A DNA stretch of 61,471 nucleotides from Bacteriovoracia bacterium (GTDB lineage: Bacteria > Bdellovibrionota > UBA1018 > JBFWNL01): NCBI GenBank assembly GCA_050251055.1, contig JBFWNL010000014.1, positions 1 to 61,471 on the forward strand, written 5' to 3'. Shown here one piece after another: positions 37,017 to 45,804 of this stretch; within the stretch, counting starts at the first letter, position 1, and each line of letters opens with the position of its first letter. The position numbers and the translations under genes are program-made. The notes under the pieces were generated by a model that did not search any database, had not been told where the DNA came from, and was given only the letters and a program-made list of their open reading frames with translations.

Positions 37017-37985
37017 ATGGCTAAAGCTCTTATTATCGCGGAACATCGCGACGGCAAACTCAAGAAATCCACGTTCGAACTCATCGGCGCCACCGCGGCG
37101 GCGGGCATCGAAACCCACGCCGTGCTCATGGGCGATGGCGTAGCCGGCCTGGCCGCGGAGCTGGGCCAGTATGGGGCGAAGAAGGTCCACCTCGTGGAAG
37201 ACGCCGCCCTGAAGTTTTACTCGGCCGAAGCCTATAGCAAGTGTGTTTTGGAGGTGGCTAAATCCACGACGCCGGACATGATCCTGGCGACGCACACGCC
37301 GACGGGACGCGATCTCTTGCCGCACGTATCGGCTCGGCTGGGCGTAGGCCTAGCCAGTGATTGCAACCAGGTGAAGTTTGACGGCGGAAAAATTTCCGCA
37401 CGCCGCCCAATGTACGCGGGCAAGGCGACGGCGGAAGTGGAGTTCGTGGGCAGCGGTCCGCAGTGCGCCACCATTCGCGCGAACACCTTCAAGGCCCCCA
37501 CCCCGAACACGGGTGCCAGCGCCGAAGTCGTCAAAGTCGCCGCAAGCTTGAGCGGCCTCAAAACCAAGTGCTCGGAAAACGTGAAGGGCTCCTCCGGACG
37601 TCCCGATGTCACAGAAGCCTCGATCGTGGTTTCCGGTGGCCGCTCGCTCAAGAGCGCCGACGGCTTCAAAATCATCGAAGAGTTGGCCGACGTGATAGGC
37701 GCCGGCGTGGGTGCGTCCCGCGCGGCCGTGGACGCCGGCTACCGTCCCCACCGCGACCAGGTCGGCCAAACCGGCAAGGTCGTGTCGCCCGCGCTTTACA
37801 TCGCCTGCGGCATCAGCGGTGCCATCCAGCACTTGGCCGGCATGCGCACCTCGAAGGTGATCGTGGCCATCAACACGGACCCCGAAGCTCCGATTTTCCA
37901 GGTCGCCGATTACGGCATCGTGGGTGATCTCTTCGCGGTCGTTCCGCAGCTGACGGCCGAATTCAAGAAGCTCAAAGAGCACTAA
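37017..37985 (+). CDS. etfA: electron transfer flavoprotein alpha subunit
   Basis: [39 protein letters not shown]. Confidence 0.96.
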   Translation: MAKALIIAEHRDGKLKKSTFELIGATAAAGIETHAVLMGDGVAGLAAELGQYGAKKVHLVEDAALKFYSAEAYSKCVLEVAKSTTPDMILATHTPTGRDLLPHVSARLGVGLASDCNQVKFDGGKISARRPMYAGKATAEVEFVGSGPQCATIRANTFKAPTPNTGASAEVVKVAASLSGLKTKCSENVKGSSGRPDVTEASIVVSGGRSLKSADGFKIIEELADVIGAGVGASRAAVDAGYRPHRDQVGQTGKVVSPALYIACGISGAIQHLAGMRTSKVIVAINTDPEAPIFQVADYGIVGDLFAVVPQLTAEFKKLKEH

Positions 37986-38028
37986 GAAAGTTGCAAGACC
38001 GAGGGAATAACGGGATAATCGTCCCGCG

Positions 38029-40047
38029 ATGACCCTTGAATCCATAGTCTTCATCTTGGTTGCGGGCGGAGCTTTTGCCTACGCCGCTCACAAGCTTTAC
38101 GATCTCTTCCGCCTGCTGAAGGCCCATCAAGGCAAGCCTAACGCACCCTTGCTCAACCTCAAGGCCGAGCTCACGGCGCGCATCCAGACCACGATCGCCA
38201 ACGTCCTCGGTCAAAAAGCCGTGCTGCGTGAAAAAAAGCACGGCCTCATGCACGCCACCATCTTCTGGGGTTTCATCATTATTACCGTGGGCACCGTCGA
38301 GCAGTTCGCGACCACGATCCACCCCGCGGCGAGCCTTCATTTCATCGGCGAAACGGCGTACTCCGCGCTGGCCTTCGTTCAAGATTTTTTCACGCTCGCG
38401 GTGTTGCTCGCGGTGATTTACGCCTTCTACGTCCGCCTCGTGGTGCAACCCGCGCGCCTTGGTAAGTCGCGGGACGCAAATTTCGTCCTCGCCTTCACCG
38501 GCTCGCTGATGATCTCGATCTTCCTCATGAACGCCTTCCACATCCTGGGAGGGGAAGCCTCCGCGTTCGCTGGGGCGATGCCGTTCTCGAACGTCGTGGC
38601 GAAAGCGGCGGGTATGTTTAGTTTCGACGCCGATACGAACGCAGCTTTAGGCAAAGCTTTCAAATGGGTCCACATGCTGCTCGTGCTGGGCTTCACGATG
38701 TACATCCCAAACTCCAAGCACCTGCACATCTTGGCCGCCGGCCCCAACACCTTCCTGCGCACGCTTCCCCGCGAGAAGGCGATGAAACCCATCAACTTCG
38801 AGGACGAAAAAGTCACGCAATACGGCGCCGCGAAGATCACCGATCTCTCTTGGAAAGACGCGCTCGATTACTACGCCTGCACCGAGTGCGGCCGCTGCCA
38901 GAACCTGTGCCCGGCTTGGAACACGCAAAAGCCGCTGTCGCCGAAGCTCATCATCGGGGATTTGAAGCATAACCTCTTTGATAACAAAGCCGCCATTTTG
39001 GGCGGCAAACCAGATGCGGTCACGCCGGTCATCGACAAAAACGTGACCGAAGACGTGATCTGGGCGTGCACCTCGTGCCGGGCCTGTGAAATTGCGTGCC
39101 CGGTCTTTATCGAACAAACCGATAAAATTTACGATATCCGTCGCAACTTGGTCATGATGGAGTCGAAGTTCCCCACCGAGGTGCAAACCGTTTTCAAGAA
39201 CATGGAAACCAATGCCACCCCGTGGGCCTTCAGCGCCGCCGACCGTGCCAACTGGGCGCAGGGGCTGGAAATCCCCACGATGGCGGAAAATCCCAATCCC
39301 GATGTCCTGTTGTGGGTAGGTTGCGCAGGATCGTACGATGACCGCAACAAGAAGGTAGTACAGGCCTTCGCGCGCCTACTGAAGAAGGCTTCGATTAACT
39401 TTTCGATCCTGGGTACCGAGGAACAATGCACGGGTGATCCCGCCCGACGGATCGGCAACGAATATTTGTACCAAATGCTCGCCAAGGCCAACGTCGAGAC
39501 GTTGAATCGATATAGCGTAAAGAAGATCGTCACGGCGTGCCCACACTGCTTCAACACCATCAAGAACGAGTACCCTGATTTCGGCGGCAAGTACGAGGTC
39601 GTGCACCACTCGCAGATGCTGGCCGAGCTCATCCAGCAAGGAAAGATCAAGCCCGCGGCAACCGGTGCCGCCGCCCAGTCGATCACCTTCCACGACAGCT
39701 GCTATCTAGGTCGCTGGAACGGGGAATACTCCGCTCCCCGCGCCGTGCTCGAAGCTTTGCCGGGCGCCAAGCTCACCGAAATGAAAGCGAGTCACGACCA
39801 AAGCATGTGCTGTGGCGCCGGCGGCGGCCGCATGTGGATGGAAGAAACCATCGGCAAACGCATCAACGTCACGCGTACGGAGCAAGCCCTCGAAACGGGC
39901 GCGTCGATCGTCGCTTCGTCTTGCCCCTTTTGCGTGACGATGATTGGCGACGGATTGAAGACCAAGGAAGCCCAAGATACGGTAAAAGCGATGGATATCG
40001 CCGAGCTTTTGGATCAATCTGTCACCACCTCAAACCCGGCTGAATAG
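38029..40047 (+). CDS. membrane Fe-S oxidoreductase (NarI-like TM domain, 2x 4Fe-4S, 2x CCG-type domains; FadF/ETF:menaquinone oxidoreductase-like)
   Basis: TM His residues, SKHLHI, CTECGRCQNLCP, CTSCRACEIACP, CTGDPARR, HDSCYLGR, CCGAGGG. Confidence 0.9.
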   Translation: MTLESIVFILVAGGAFAYAAHKLYDLFRLLKAHQGKPNAPLLNLKAELTARIQTTIANVLGQKAVLREKKHGLMHATIFWGFIIITVGTVEQFATTIHPAASLHFIGETAYSALAFVQDFFTLAVLLAVIYAFYVRLVVQPARLGKSRDANFVLAFTGSLMISIFLMNAFHILGGEASAFAGAMPFSNVVAKAAGMFSFDADTNAALGKAFKWVHMLLVLGFTMYIPNSKHLHILAAGPNTFLRTLPREKAMKPINFEDEKVTQYGAAKITDLSWKDALDYYACTECGRCQNLCPAWNTQKPLSPKLIIGDLKHNLFDNKAAILGGKPDAVTPVIDKNVTEDVIWACTSCRACEIACPVFIEQTDKIYDIRRNLVMMESKFPTEVQTVFKNMETNATPWAFSAADRANWAQGLEIPTMAENPNPDVLLWVGCAGSYDDRNKKVVQAFARLLKKASINFSILGTEEQCTGDPARRIGNEYLYQMLAKANVETLNRYSVKKIVTACPHCFNTIKNEYPDFGGKYEVVHHSQMLAELIQQGKIKPAATGAAAQSITFHDSCYLGRWNGEYSAPRAVLEALPGAKLTEMKASHDQSMCCGAGGGRMWMEETIGKRINVTRTEQALETGASIVASSCPFCVTMIGDGLKTKEAQDTVKAMDIAELLDQSVTTSNPAE

Positions 40048-40184
40048 CAGCTCTAGTGGCTTTTTTTCACGGTCTGTAGACTCCCTAGCCGGGGAAAAAT
40101 AAAAATAAATGCATTTTTTTAAAGCTGATTAGTCAAGTATTGATTATCCTTGGCGCCACTTTGCACCGCACCGCGTTAAATTTC

Positions 40185-40199
40185 TGGCATAAAGCTTGG
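40185..40199 (+). promoter_or_regulatory. possible sigma54-type promoter
   Basis: TGGCAT-N5-TTGG; correct spacing, but -12 GC is GG. Confidence 0.35.
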
Positions 40200-40332
40200 A
40201 ACGTCGGTATGCATGGCCTCGTGTGGGACTAGGCCTATTCATCCAGGAAGGATCTCACCCACCCAACGCCGAAGTCGACTGGGGATGACGGCGAAAATTG
40301 AACCGAGACATAGGCATTATAAAGGAGAGTTC

Positions 40333-40839
40333 ATGAAGGAACGCTCGTTCTCGATCTACAGTTTTTTTCGAGGAATCGTCGTATTCCTCTCGCTCATCGG
40401 CGTCGTCATTAGCCTTGGCCGCTGCGGCCCCGTCGCGTCCAGCCTAACCAAGAACCAAGCCTTTCCGAGCGGACAGACCCCGGGCGGACCGGGCACGATT
40501 CAAGGATTCGCGAGCACCGTGGTCGCCGCCGAAGAATACGGCTTGCTGCCCACCAGCCCGGCGTACAATCTCACCGAGGGCGGCGGATCGGAGCTGGAGA
40601 GTTTCCGAACGAGCGGTCAGGTGCAACTTTCACTAGGAAATCAGGTCCCCAGCAACGCTTATTTCGTGGTTTCATTGAATAGAAATCAAATTACTTCGGA
40701 AATGACGGCTTTTCGCGCGACTTATACGCCGGTTTCGCAGGGGGTTTGGCTGTTGTCAGTGGATCCCGTGGTTCCAGCGCACGTATCAACCGCCGTGCGG
40801 CAGTCACTCATCCACGTTCGGCTCTGGTTCGGACAGTAA
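40333..40839 (+). CDS. hypothetical exported/lipoprotein
   Basis: AAGGAG RBS; hydrophobic N-terminus ending LGRC. Confidence 0.7.
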   Translation: MKERSFSIYSFFRGIVVFLSLIGVVISLGRCGPVASSLTKNQAFPSGQTPGGPGTIQGFASTVVAAEEYGLLPTSPAYNLTEGGGSELESFRTSGQVQLSLGNQVPSNAYFVVSLNRNQITSEMTAFRATYTPVSQGVWLLSVDPVVPAHVSTAVRQSLIHVRLWFGQ

Positions 40840-40850
40840 TCAAAAATAGA

Positions 40851-41039
40851 TCAACCGCGATTCGCGGGCGGAAGGAAGTCCTTGTGCGTGATGATGAAAC
40901 GCTTGAGGGCGGTGTTGGTAATTTCGGAGGGAGAAAGCTTCGTGTACTGCACCATCAACTGAAGCTTATCGCTAACGTCTTTCTCGATCTCGACGTCGAG
41001 TTTCTGCTTGGGTCCATCGATCTTGTAATCATCAAGCAT
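40851..41039 (-). CDS. small ribbon-helix-helix-like protein
   Basis: KLDVEIEKDVSDKL..TKLSPSEITNTALKRFI pattern; GGAGG RBS. Confidence 0.7.
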   Translation of the reverse strand: MLDDYKIDGPKQKLDVEIEKDVSDKLQLMVQYTKLSPSEITNTALKRFIITHKDFLPPANRG

Positions 41040-41115
41040 GCTGTATGTGGCCTCCGAGTGGCTTTTTTAACCTGAAAACTCAGCCCCTGCCTACCAAAAA
41101 ATAGATTCAGGAATA

Positions 41116-42114
41116 CTAGATTCGCGCGCGCAACAATCCTTGCACGACCCGGTACATCACCTGTGGCAACGCTTCCAGTTTACGTACTTCCAACAGTTGA
41201 CCGTGCCCCAACCGCGCCAGCTCCCGGCAAAGCTCCAGACTGCTCCGGTCCGAGCCCATCTTTACCACGAAGAGGCGCGGGAACCAGGGCGCCATGAAAG
41301 TGGGGTCCCGACCCGCCGTGTACTTTCCATCCGTGAGCAGTACGGTGGACGCCTGACCGTTTTCGCTCTGGGCCCGGATCAATTCCACCAGGCGGTGGGC
41401 TTCCCGAATACCGGATTCCAGGTGGGTATAGCCTTCGGCCGGCACGTCGAGAAAGCGCAGCACCATGTCCTGCACGGTGATCTTTTCGGCCGGGGACTTC
41501 AACACCTTGGCTTCGTTCTCGAACGCCACGAGCCCGATTTTTTCGTCGGGGAACTGCAGGAGGACAACCGCCAACGCCACGGCCGTCAGCGCAAGCTTCT
41601 CACCGGTCATGGAAAGGCTCGTATCCACGCAAATCACGAGGGGGTGCCGACGGCGCAGCTTGAAGTCCATCACCGGTGTCCGCGGGAACTGCTCCAGAGT
41701 TTCGTCTAGATTCAGCTCGATCTCCTGGGCACCCGGTGGGATGCGGTCCAGGCCGTCGGCGAGCTGGCGCATCGGCCGGGATACTGATCCCAGCACCTGC
41801 TTCGCCCGACGTAGGACGGCGGCGCCCGAGATCGCGCGCAGCTCGCGTTCCCACTTTTGATCCCCAGCGGCTTCCGCGCGTCGAAAGCGGCGTTTGAGCT
41901 CGTGGTAACGAATCGCCACGTCCCAATCCGTTAAGCCTTGGAAGGGCGAGGGTTCGGCGGCACTTTCCGCGGTGTCCGCAAGACTCTTAAGGTCAGGCTG
42001 ACCGGTGGAGGGGTCCGAGACCGCGGCGTCACGAAATTCTTCCGGCGCCTGTTTGTTTTTCTTCGGGTTTTTATCGGAAAAAATGCTCTGGAAGCGGGAG
42101 CTAGGCTCCGCCAC
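41116..42114 (-). CDS. VWA domain protein (CoxE-like)
   Basis: MIDAS DTSLS, YTHL, LLTDG; LNLDETLE. Confidence 0.88.
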   Translation of the reverse strand: MAEPSSRFQSIFSDKNPKKNKQAPEEFRDAAVSDPSTGQPDLKSLADTAESAAEPSPFQGLTDWDVAIRYHELKRRFRRAEAAGDQKWERELRAISGAAVLRRAKQVLGSVSRPMRQLADGLDRIPPGAQEIELNLDETLEQFPRTPVMDFKLRRRHPLVICVDTSLSMTGEKLALTAVALAVVLLQFPDEKIGLVAFENEAKVLKSPAEKITVQDMVLRFLDVPAEGYTHLESGIREAHRLVELIRAQSENGQASTVLLTDGKYTAGRDPTFMAPWFPRLFVVKMGSDRSSLELCRELARLGHGQLLEVRKLEALPQVMYRVVQGLLRARI

Positions 42115-42122
42115 GGAGACTT

Positions 42123-43004
42123 CTACTTTTTTTTTTCGTCCCCGGAAGAACTAACCGTGACGTGGCCAAGTCCCTCGACGAGCTCACGAATTAGCTTCTT
42201 TAAGCGTTCGGCGCGATCCATGCCGGCGCCCGCTTCGGACTCTTGATCCAATTCGATTCGGGTGGGCAGGCACATCCACGCAGCATTCAGAAAGGCCTGA
42301 TCGGCCGCCATCCCTTCTTTTCGTAGTTCGTCCGCGACTTCCGCCACGCTAATCGCGGCGCGGACCGAGGCTCCGCGACGAAAACGCCGGTCTTCGCGGG
42401 TCGCGCGCACGAGCGCCACGGCGCGATCGACGAACGTGGATTTCGGCGCATACGCGCGCACGATATCCGATTCATCGTCCTTCGTTTGGTAATCCAGCAC
42501 GACCAGCTCAAACCGGTCCAAGATGGCCTCGCTGAGTTGCGTGGTCGCGACAAACTCCTTCGGGTTTTGAGTGGCAACGACGGCGAAGCCGGGTTGCGCC
42601 TCGACGATCCCTAACTTTGGGATCGCCACCATGCGCTCGTCGATCGCCGGCAGCAGCAGGTTCTGCACCCCTTCCGGTAAGCGGTTTAACTCATTGATAA
42701 AGAGGATCGCGCCTTTCTGCATGGCCTCGATCAACGGCCCGGCAATGAAGGCGTCCTGGCTGAAGCCCTTTTCCAACACCAGCGGAGGATCGAACCAGCC
42801 GGTGAGTTTTTGCTCGTTAAAGCGTCCGTCGCCATCGACCCGAACGGTGTGCGAGCCCAACTGACGAGCGATCTCAAGCGCGAGCGCGGTCTTGCCCACG
42901 CCCACCGGGCCTTCGATCAGCACGTTGCGCGAAGCCTTCAAGCAGGCCCGGATGGTTAAAATTTCGAATTCGCGCCCGATTAGCGCGTGATGTTTCGGCA
43001 CCAA
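42123..43004 (-). CDS. MoxR/CoxD-like AAA+ ATPase
   Basis: IGRE, GPVGVGKT, LFINELNR, ATQNP, LSEAILDRF, ASVRAAI. Confidence 0.92.
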   Translation of the reverse strand: MVPKHHALIGREFEILTIRACLKASRNVLIEGPVGVGKTALALEIARQLGSHTVRVDGDGRFNEQKLTGWFDPPLVLEKGFSQDAFIAGPLIEAMQKGAILFINELNRLPEGVQNLLLPAIDERMVAIPKLGIVEAQPGFAVVATQNPKEFVATTQLSEAILDRFELVVLDYQTKDDESDIVRAYAPKSTFVDRAVALVRATREDRRFRRGASVRAAISVAEVADELRKEGMAADQAFLNAAWMCLPTRIELDQESEAGAGMDRAERLKKLIRELVEGLGHVTVSSSGDEKKK

Positions 43005-43151
43005 ATCCTCGTTCAGACTCTATACAACACTGTTTAACGATTAGGCAGCTATGTCAGACCTCTAACAGGCCTAACAGAGAACTCTCTGTTTCCCCAGTTT
43101 TTAATTAATTGAATTTACTCAGTAAATTCCATTATAGCGGGGCGTGTCATT

Positions 43152-43168
43152 TTGGCCCAGGGCTTGCT
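43152..43168 (+). promoter_or_regulatory. sigma54 (-24/-12) promoter
   Basis: TTGGCCCAGGGCTTGCT = GG-N10-GC; upstream AT-rich tract and palindromes at 43073-43090 and 43111-43129. Confidence 0.7.
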
Positions 43169-43235
43169 CTACACAGGGGAGAGTTGAGTTTTGCTCTTTA
43201 ACGAGCCGTTGAGTTGAGTTGTGAAGGAGAGAGTT

Positions 43236-45239
43236 GTGAAAAGGTCCAATCTTTTTGTGTGTGTTGTGGTGGCAACCCTAGGTGTGGCGCAGTCGTCGCT
43301 CGCCGATCAGGCAAGCGTGTCACCGAAGAAAAGAATCCAAACCCACACGGCCGCGAATGAGCTGATCTGGGGCCTCAAATCCGAGATCAAGGTCAAGGAG
43401 TCGGGTACCCAAGCCCACGCGTACCTCTCCGGTGAAATTCCCGCCGTCTGCGCCAAGCACTTCGACATCAAGGCCGCCGAGATCGTAACTGATCCGGCCC
43501 ATAAATCCGACGCCACGAAGAACACGGTGACGTTTTCGATCCTAGCCGATCGGGATGCCAAGGCCTGCGTAGACCAAGCCAAGGGCAAGGTTGATTGCAT
43601 AGAAGACGACGCTGCCTGCGTGCAGTTGATGCAGCTTTCCCGCACGGATCTAAGCTCCCTAAACGAATACGAGTACACTATACGTTTCTTGGAAAGCGTC
43701 TCGCGCGATGACGGTGAAGCCACCTATTCGCACGTCGTCGGTCGAGTCGGCAACGTAGCGAAGGTCCGCAAGGAAATCCTCACCCAGGCCGCCACCACCT
43801 GCAAAGTGGAAGACGGCGCCGCCGCGGTCTCGCAGTACAATCAATTGATCTCACTCGCCAGCCAAATCCAAGACCACTCGCTTGCGACCGCCTTGGAAAA
43901 CGAGCGCGCCGCCCGGGTCGCGTCCGACAAGGACAAAGTCACCAAAGAAATCCTGGAGCGTCTGAAGGCCGAGCTCGAAGCCGTGGCCTCGCTCGAAGAT
44001 TACGACAAGATCGACCGCATCGGCGCCGAGCTCAAGGCCCTGCGCGCCAAGGACATCGACGCCGAAACCCGTAAAGAAGTCGACGCCCTGATCGCCGGAC
44101 TGACCGGCAAGCGCATCCGCGTGCTGAACGACTCCGTAGCCAGCGCGAAGGAATTGGAAGATCTCGAAAAAATCCAAAAATACGCCTTCGAAGCGATCAA
44201 GCCGGGCGCCACGTTCACGATCAACGACAAGAAAGAAGTCGAGAAGGTCTTGAACAAGGTCGGACCGAAGATCACCGCCAAGCTCGATAGCCTGGTGAAA
44301 AAGGCGAAGGACACCGACGAGCTGGACGCGGTGGACGCGCAAATTGCGGCCGCGGTAACGACCCAGCGTAAGTTTAATCGCAAGCAAGCGGAAAAAACCG
44401 AAAGGCTGCACGAGGTCGTCGCGACCCGCGGAGTCACGATGGTCGAAAACAAGATCCTGCGCATGAAGCCCGAGAAGGACGAAGACGGAGCCTCGTTCAT
44501 CGCCCGCGTCGAGGACGCCGAAGCCCAAGGCTTGGAATGGGTTGATAACTCGGAAAGCGTGAGCCCGACCGCCCGTGCCCGCCTCTTGGCCGCGGCCGCC
44601 GACAAGAAGGCTAACGCCCCGGCCGAAGACATCTCGGAAGCCATCGATAACGTCCGCTTAGCCGAGGAAACCCTGGCTGACGCGTGCGCGAACGAAGGCG
44701 ATTGCGACCGCCGCTTAGAGCTATCCGTTAACAAGCGGATCGCTAACCTGCAACGCAAGCGCGGCTTCGCCGAGATGCGTACGACCGGCCAATCGTCCAC
44801 CCTTTCGGATCTCTGGGAAAGCGCTCAAGCTAACCGTATGCAAAGCTGCTACGGTATCAGCAAAGGCAGCTTCCTCGGGATGGACGCTTACTCGCACTCG
44901 AACAACGCGATGTCGATCGAAGACAGCATCGCCTGCGCGAACGCCAACGAAACGTTGCGTGACCTTTCCCAGATGGCCGCGAACGCCCGCCAGGCCCAAC
45001 AGCCGCAGCGCGGACCGTTTGGCCAAGGTCAACCCGGCATGGGCGCCCCGCTCGATCCGCTCGCCGGCACGAGCATGCCATTTGGACAGAATCCCCAGCA
45101 AGCTGCCGCGATGACGGGCTTCCCTGCCGCCGCCGCCAGCTACAACGGAATGCCATCGCCTCTCGCTCTGGCAAACGCGTCGAATGGAATCATGGGTTCC
45201 AACCCGCAGAATCCGTTCGCGACGATGTCGATGCTGTAA
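43236..45239 (+). CDS. large secreted, mostly alpha-helical hypothetical protein
   Basis: AAGGAG RBS before GTG 43236; signal peptide ending SLA; native-like codon usage; Gln/Pro/Gly/Met-rich tail. Confidence 0.8.
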   Translation: MKRSNLFVCVVVATLGVAQSSLADQASVSPKKRIQTHTAANELIWGLKSEIKVKESGTQAHAYLSGEIPAVCAKHFDIKAAEIVTDPAHKSDATKNTVTFSILADRDAKACVDQAKGKVDCIEDDAACVQLMQLSRTDLSSLNEYEYTIRFLESVSRDDGEATYSHVVGRVGNVAKVRKEILTQAATTCKVEDGAAAVSQYNQLISLASQIQDHSLATALENERAARVASDKDKVTKEILERLKAELEAVASLEDYDKIDRIGAELKALRAKDIDAETRKEVDALIAGLTGKRIRVLNDSVASAKELEDLEKIQKYAFEAIKPGATFTINDKKEVEKVLNKVGPKITAKLDSLVKKAKDTDELDAVDAQIAAAVTTQRKFNRKQAEKTERLHEVVATRGVTMVENKILRMKPEKDEDGASFIARVEDAEAQGLEWVDNSESVSPTARARLLAAAADKKANAPAEDISEAIDNVRLAEETLADACANEGDCDRRLELSVNKRIANLQRKRGFAEMRTTGQSSTLSDLWESAQANRMQSCYGISKGSFLGMDAYSHSNNAMSIEDSIACANANETLRDLSQMAANARQAQQPQRGPFGQGQPGMGAPLDPLAGTSMPFGQNPQQAAAMTGFPAAAASYNGMPSPLALANASNGIMGSNPQNPFATMSML

Positions 45240-45330
45240 GAATTTCGATCTCTGACAGAGCGAAAAGTTGAATTGATGAGTTGCACCAAGTTGAAGCTGA
45301 GTTGAAGCAGTAACTGAACAGAGATTTCTA

Positions 45331-45382
45331 AAAAGTGGGTCTGTCCAAAAACGCTCTCTTGTTGGACAGGCTCACTTTTTTT
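45331..45382 (+). terminator. intrinsic terminator
   Basis: AAAAGTGGGTCTGTCCAA..TTGGACAGGCTCACTTTTTTT. Confidence 0.75.
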
Positions 45383-45460
45383 ATTTGACGATTCCAACAA
45401 TCCCCATTAATTGTTTATGTATTAAGTAATTAGCTCTGTATTACGGGGGTTTCTGTAAGT

Positions 45461-45682
45461 ATGGCAACTGGTACGGTAAAGTGGTTCAATGAAAGCAAGG
45501 GTTACGGATTCGTTCAAACGGACGGCGAGAATCGCGACATCTTCGTGCATTACTCCGCGATCCAAGACGAAGGCTTCAAAACCTTAGACGAAGGTCAAAA
45601 GGTTCAGTTCGATCTCGTGGAAGGCCCGAAGGGTCCTCTCGCTTCGAACGTGCAGAAGATTCAACCTTCGCAAAATAACTAA
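45461..45682 (+). CDS. cold-shock protein (CspA family)
   Basis: [34 protein letters not shown]. Confidence 0.97.
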   Translation: MATGTVKWFNESKGYGFVQTDGENRDIFVHYSAIQDEGFKTLDEGQKVQFDLVEGPKGPLASNVQKIQPSQNN

Positions 45683-45712
45683 TTTTCTTTTTTAAAAGTT
45701 AAATTTAGATGG

Positions 45713-45760
45713 AGCCACCCACTTCCGCCGGAAACGGCGTCAGAGTCGGGTGGCTTTTTT
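45713..45760 (+). terminator. intrinsic terminator with extended stem
   Basis: AGCCACCC..CGCCG-GAAA-CGGCG..GGGTGGCT followed by T run. Confidence 0.7.
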
Positions 45761-45804
45761 ATTCTCAGCATGCGCACGCGTCACCGTGATGCCGCTCTAG
45801 GGGC

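Noticed and set aside
40150-40165. TTGGCGCCACTTTGCA as a sigma54 promoter
   Set aside because: GG-GC spacing is 9 nt rather than the required 10.
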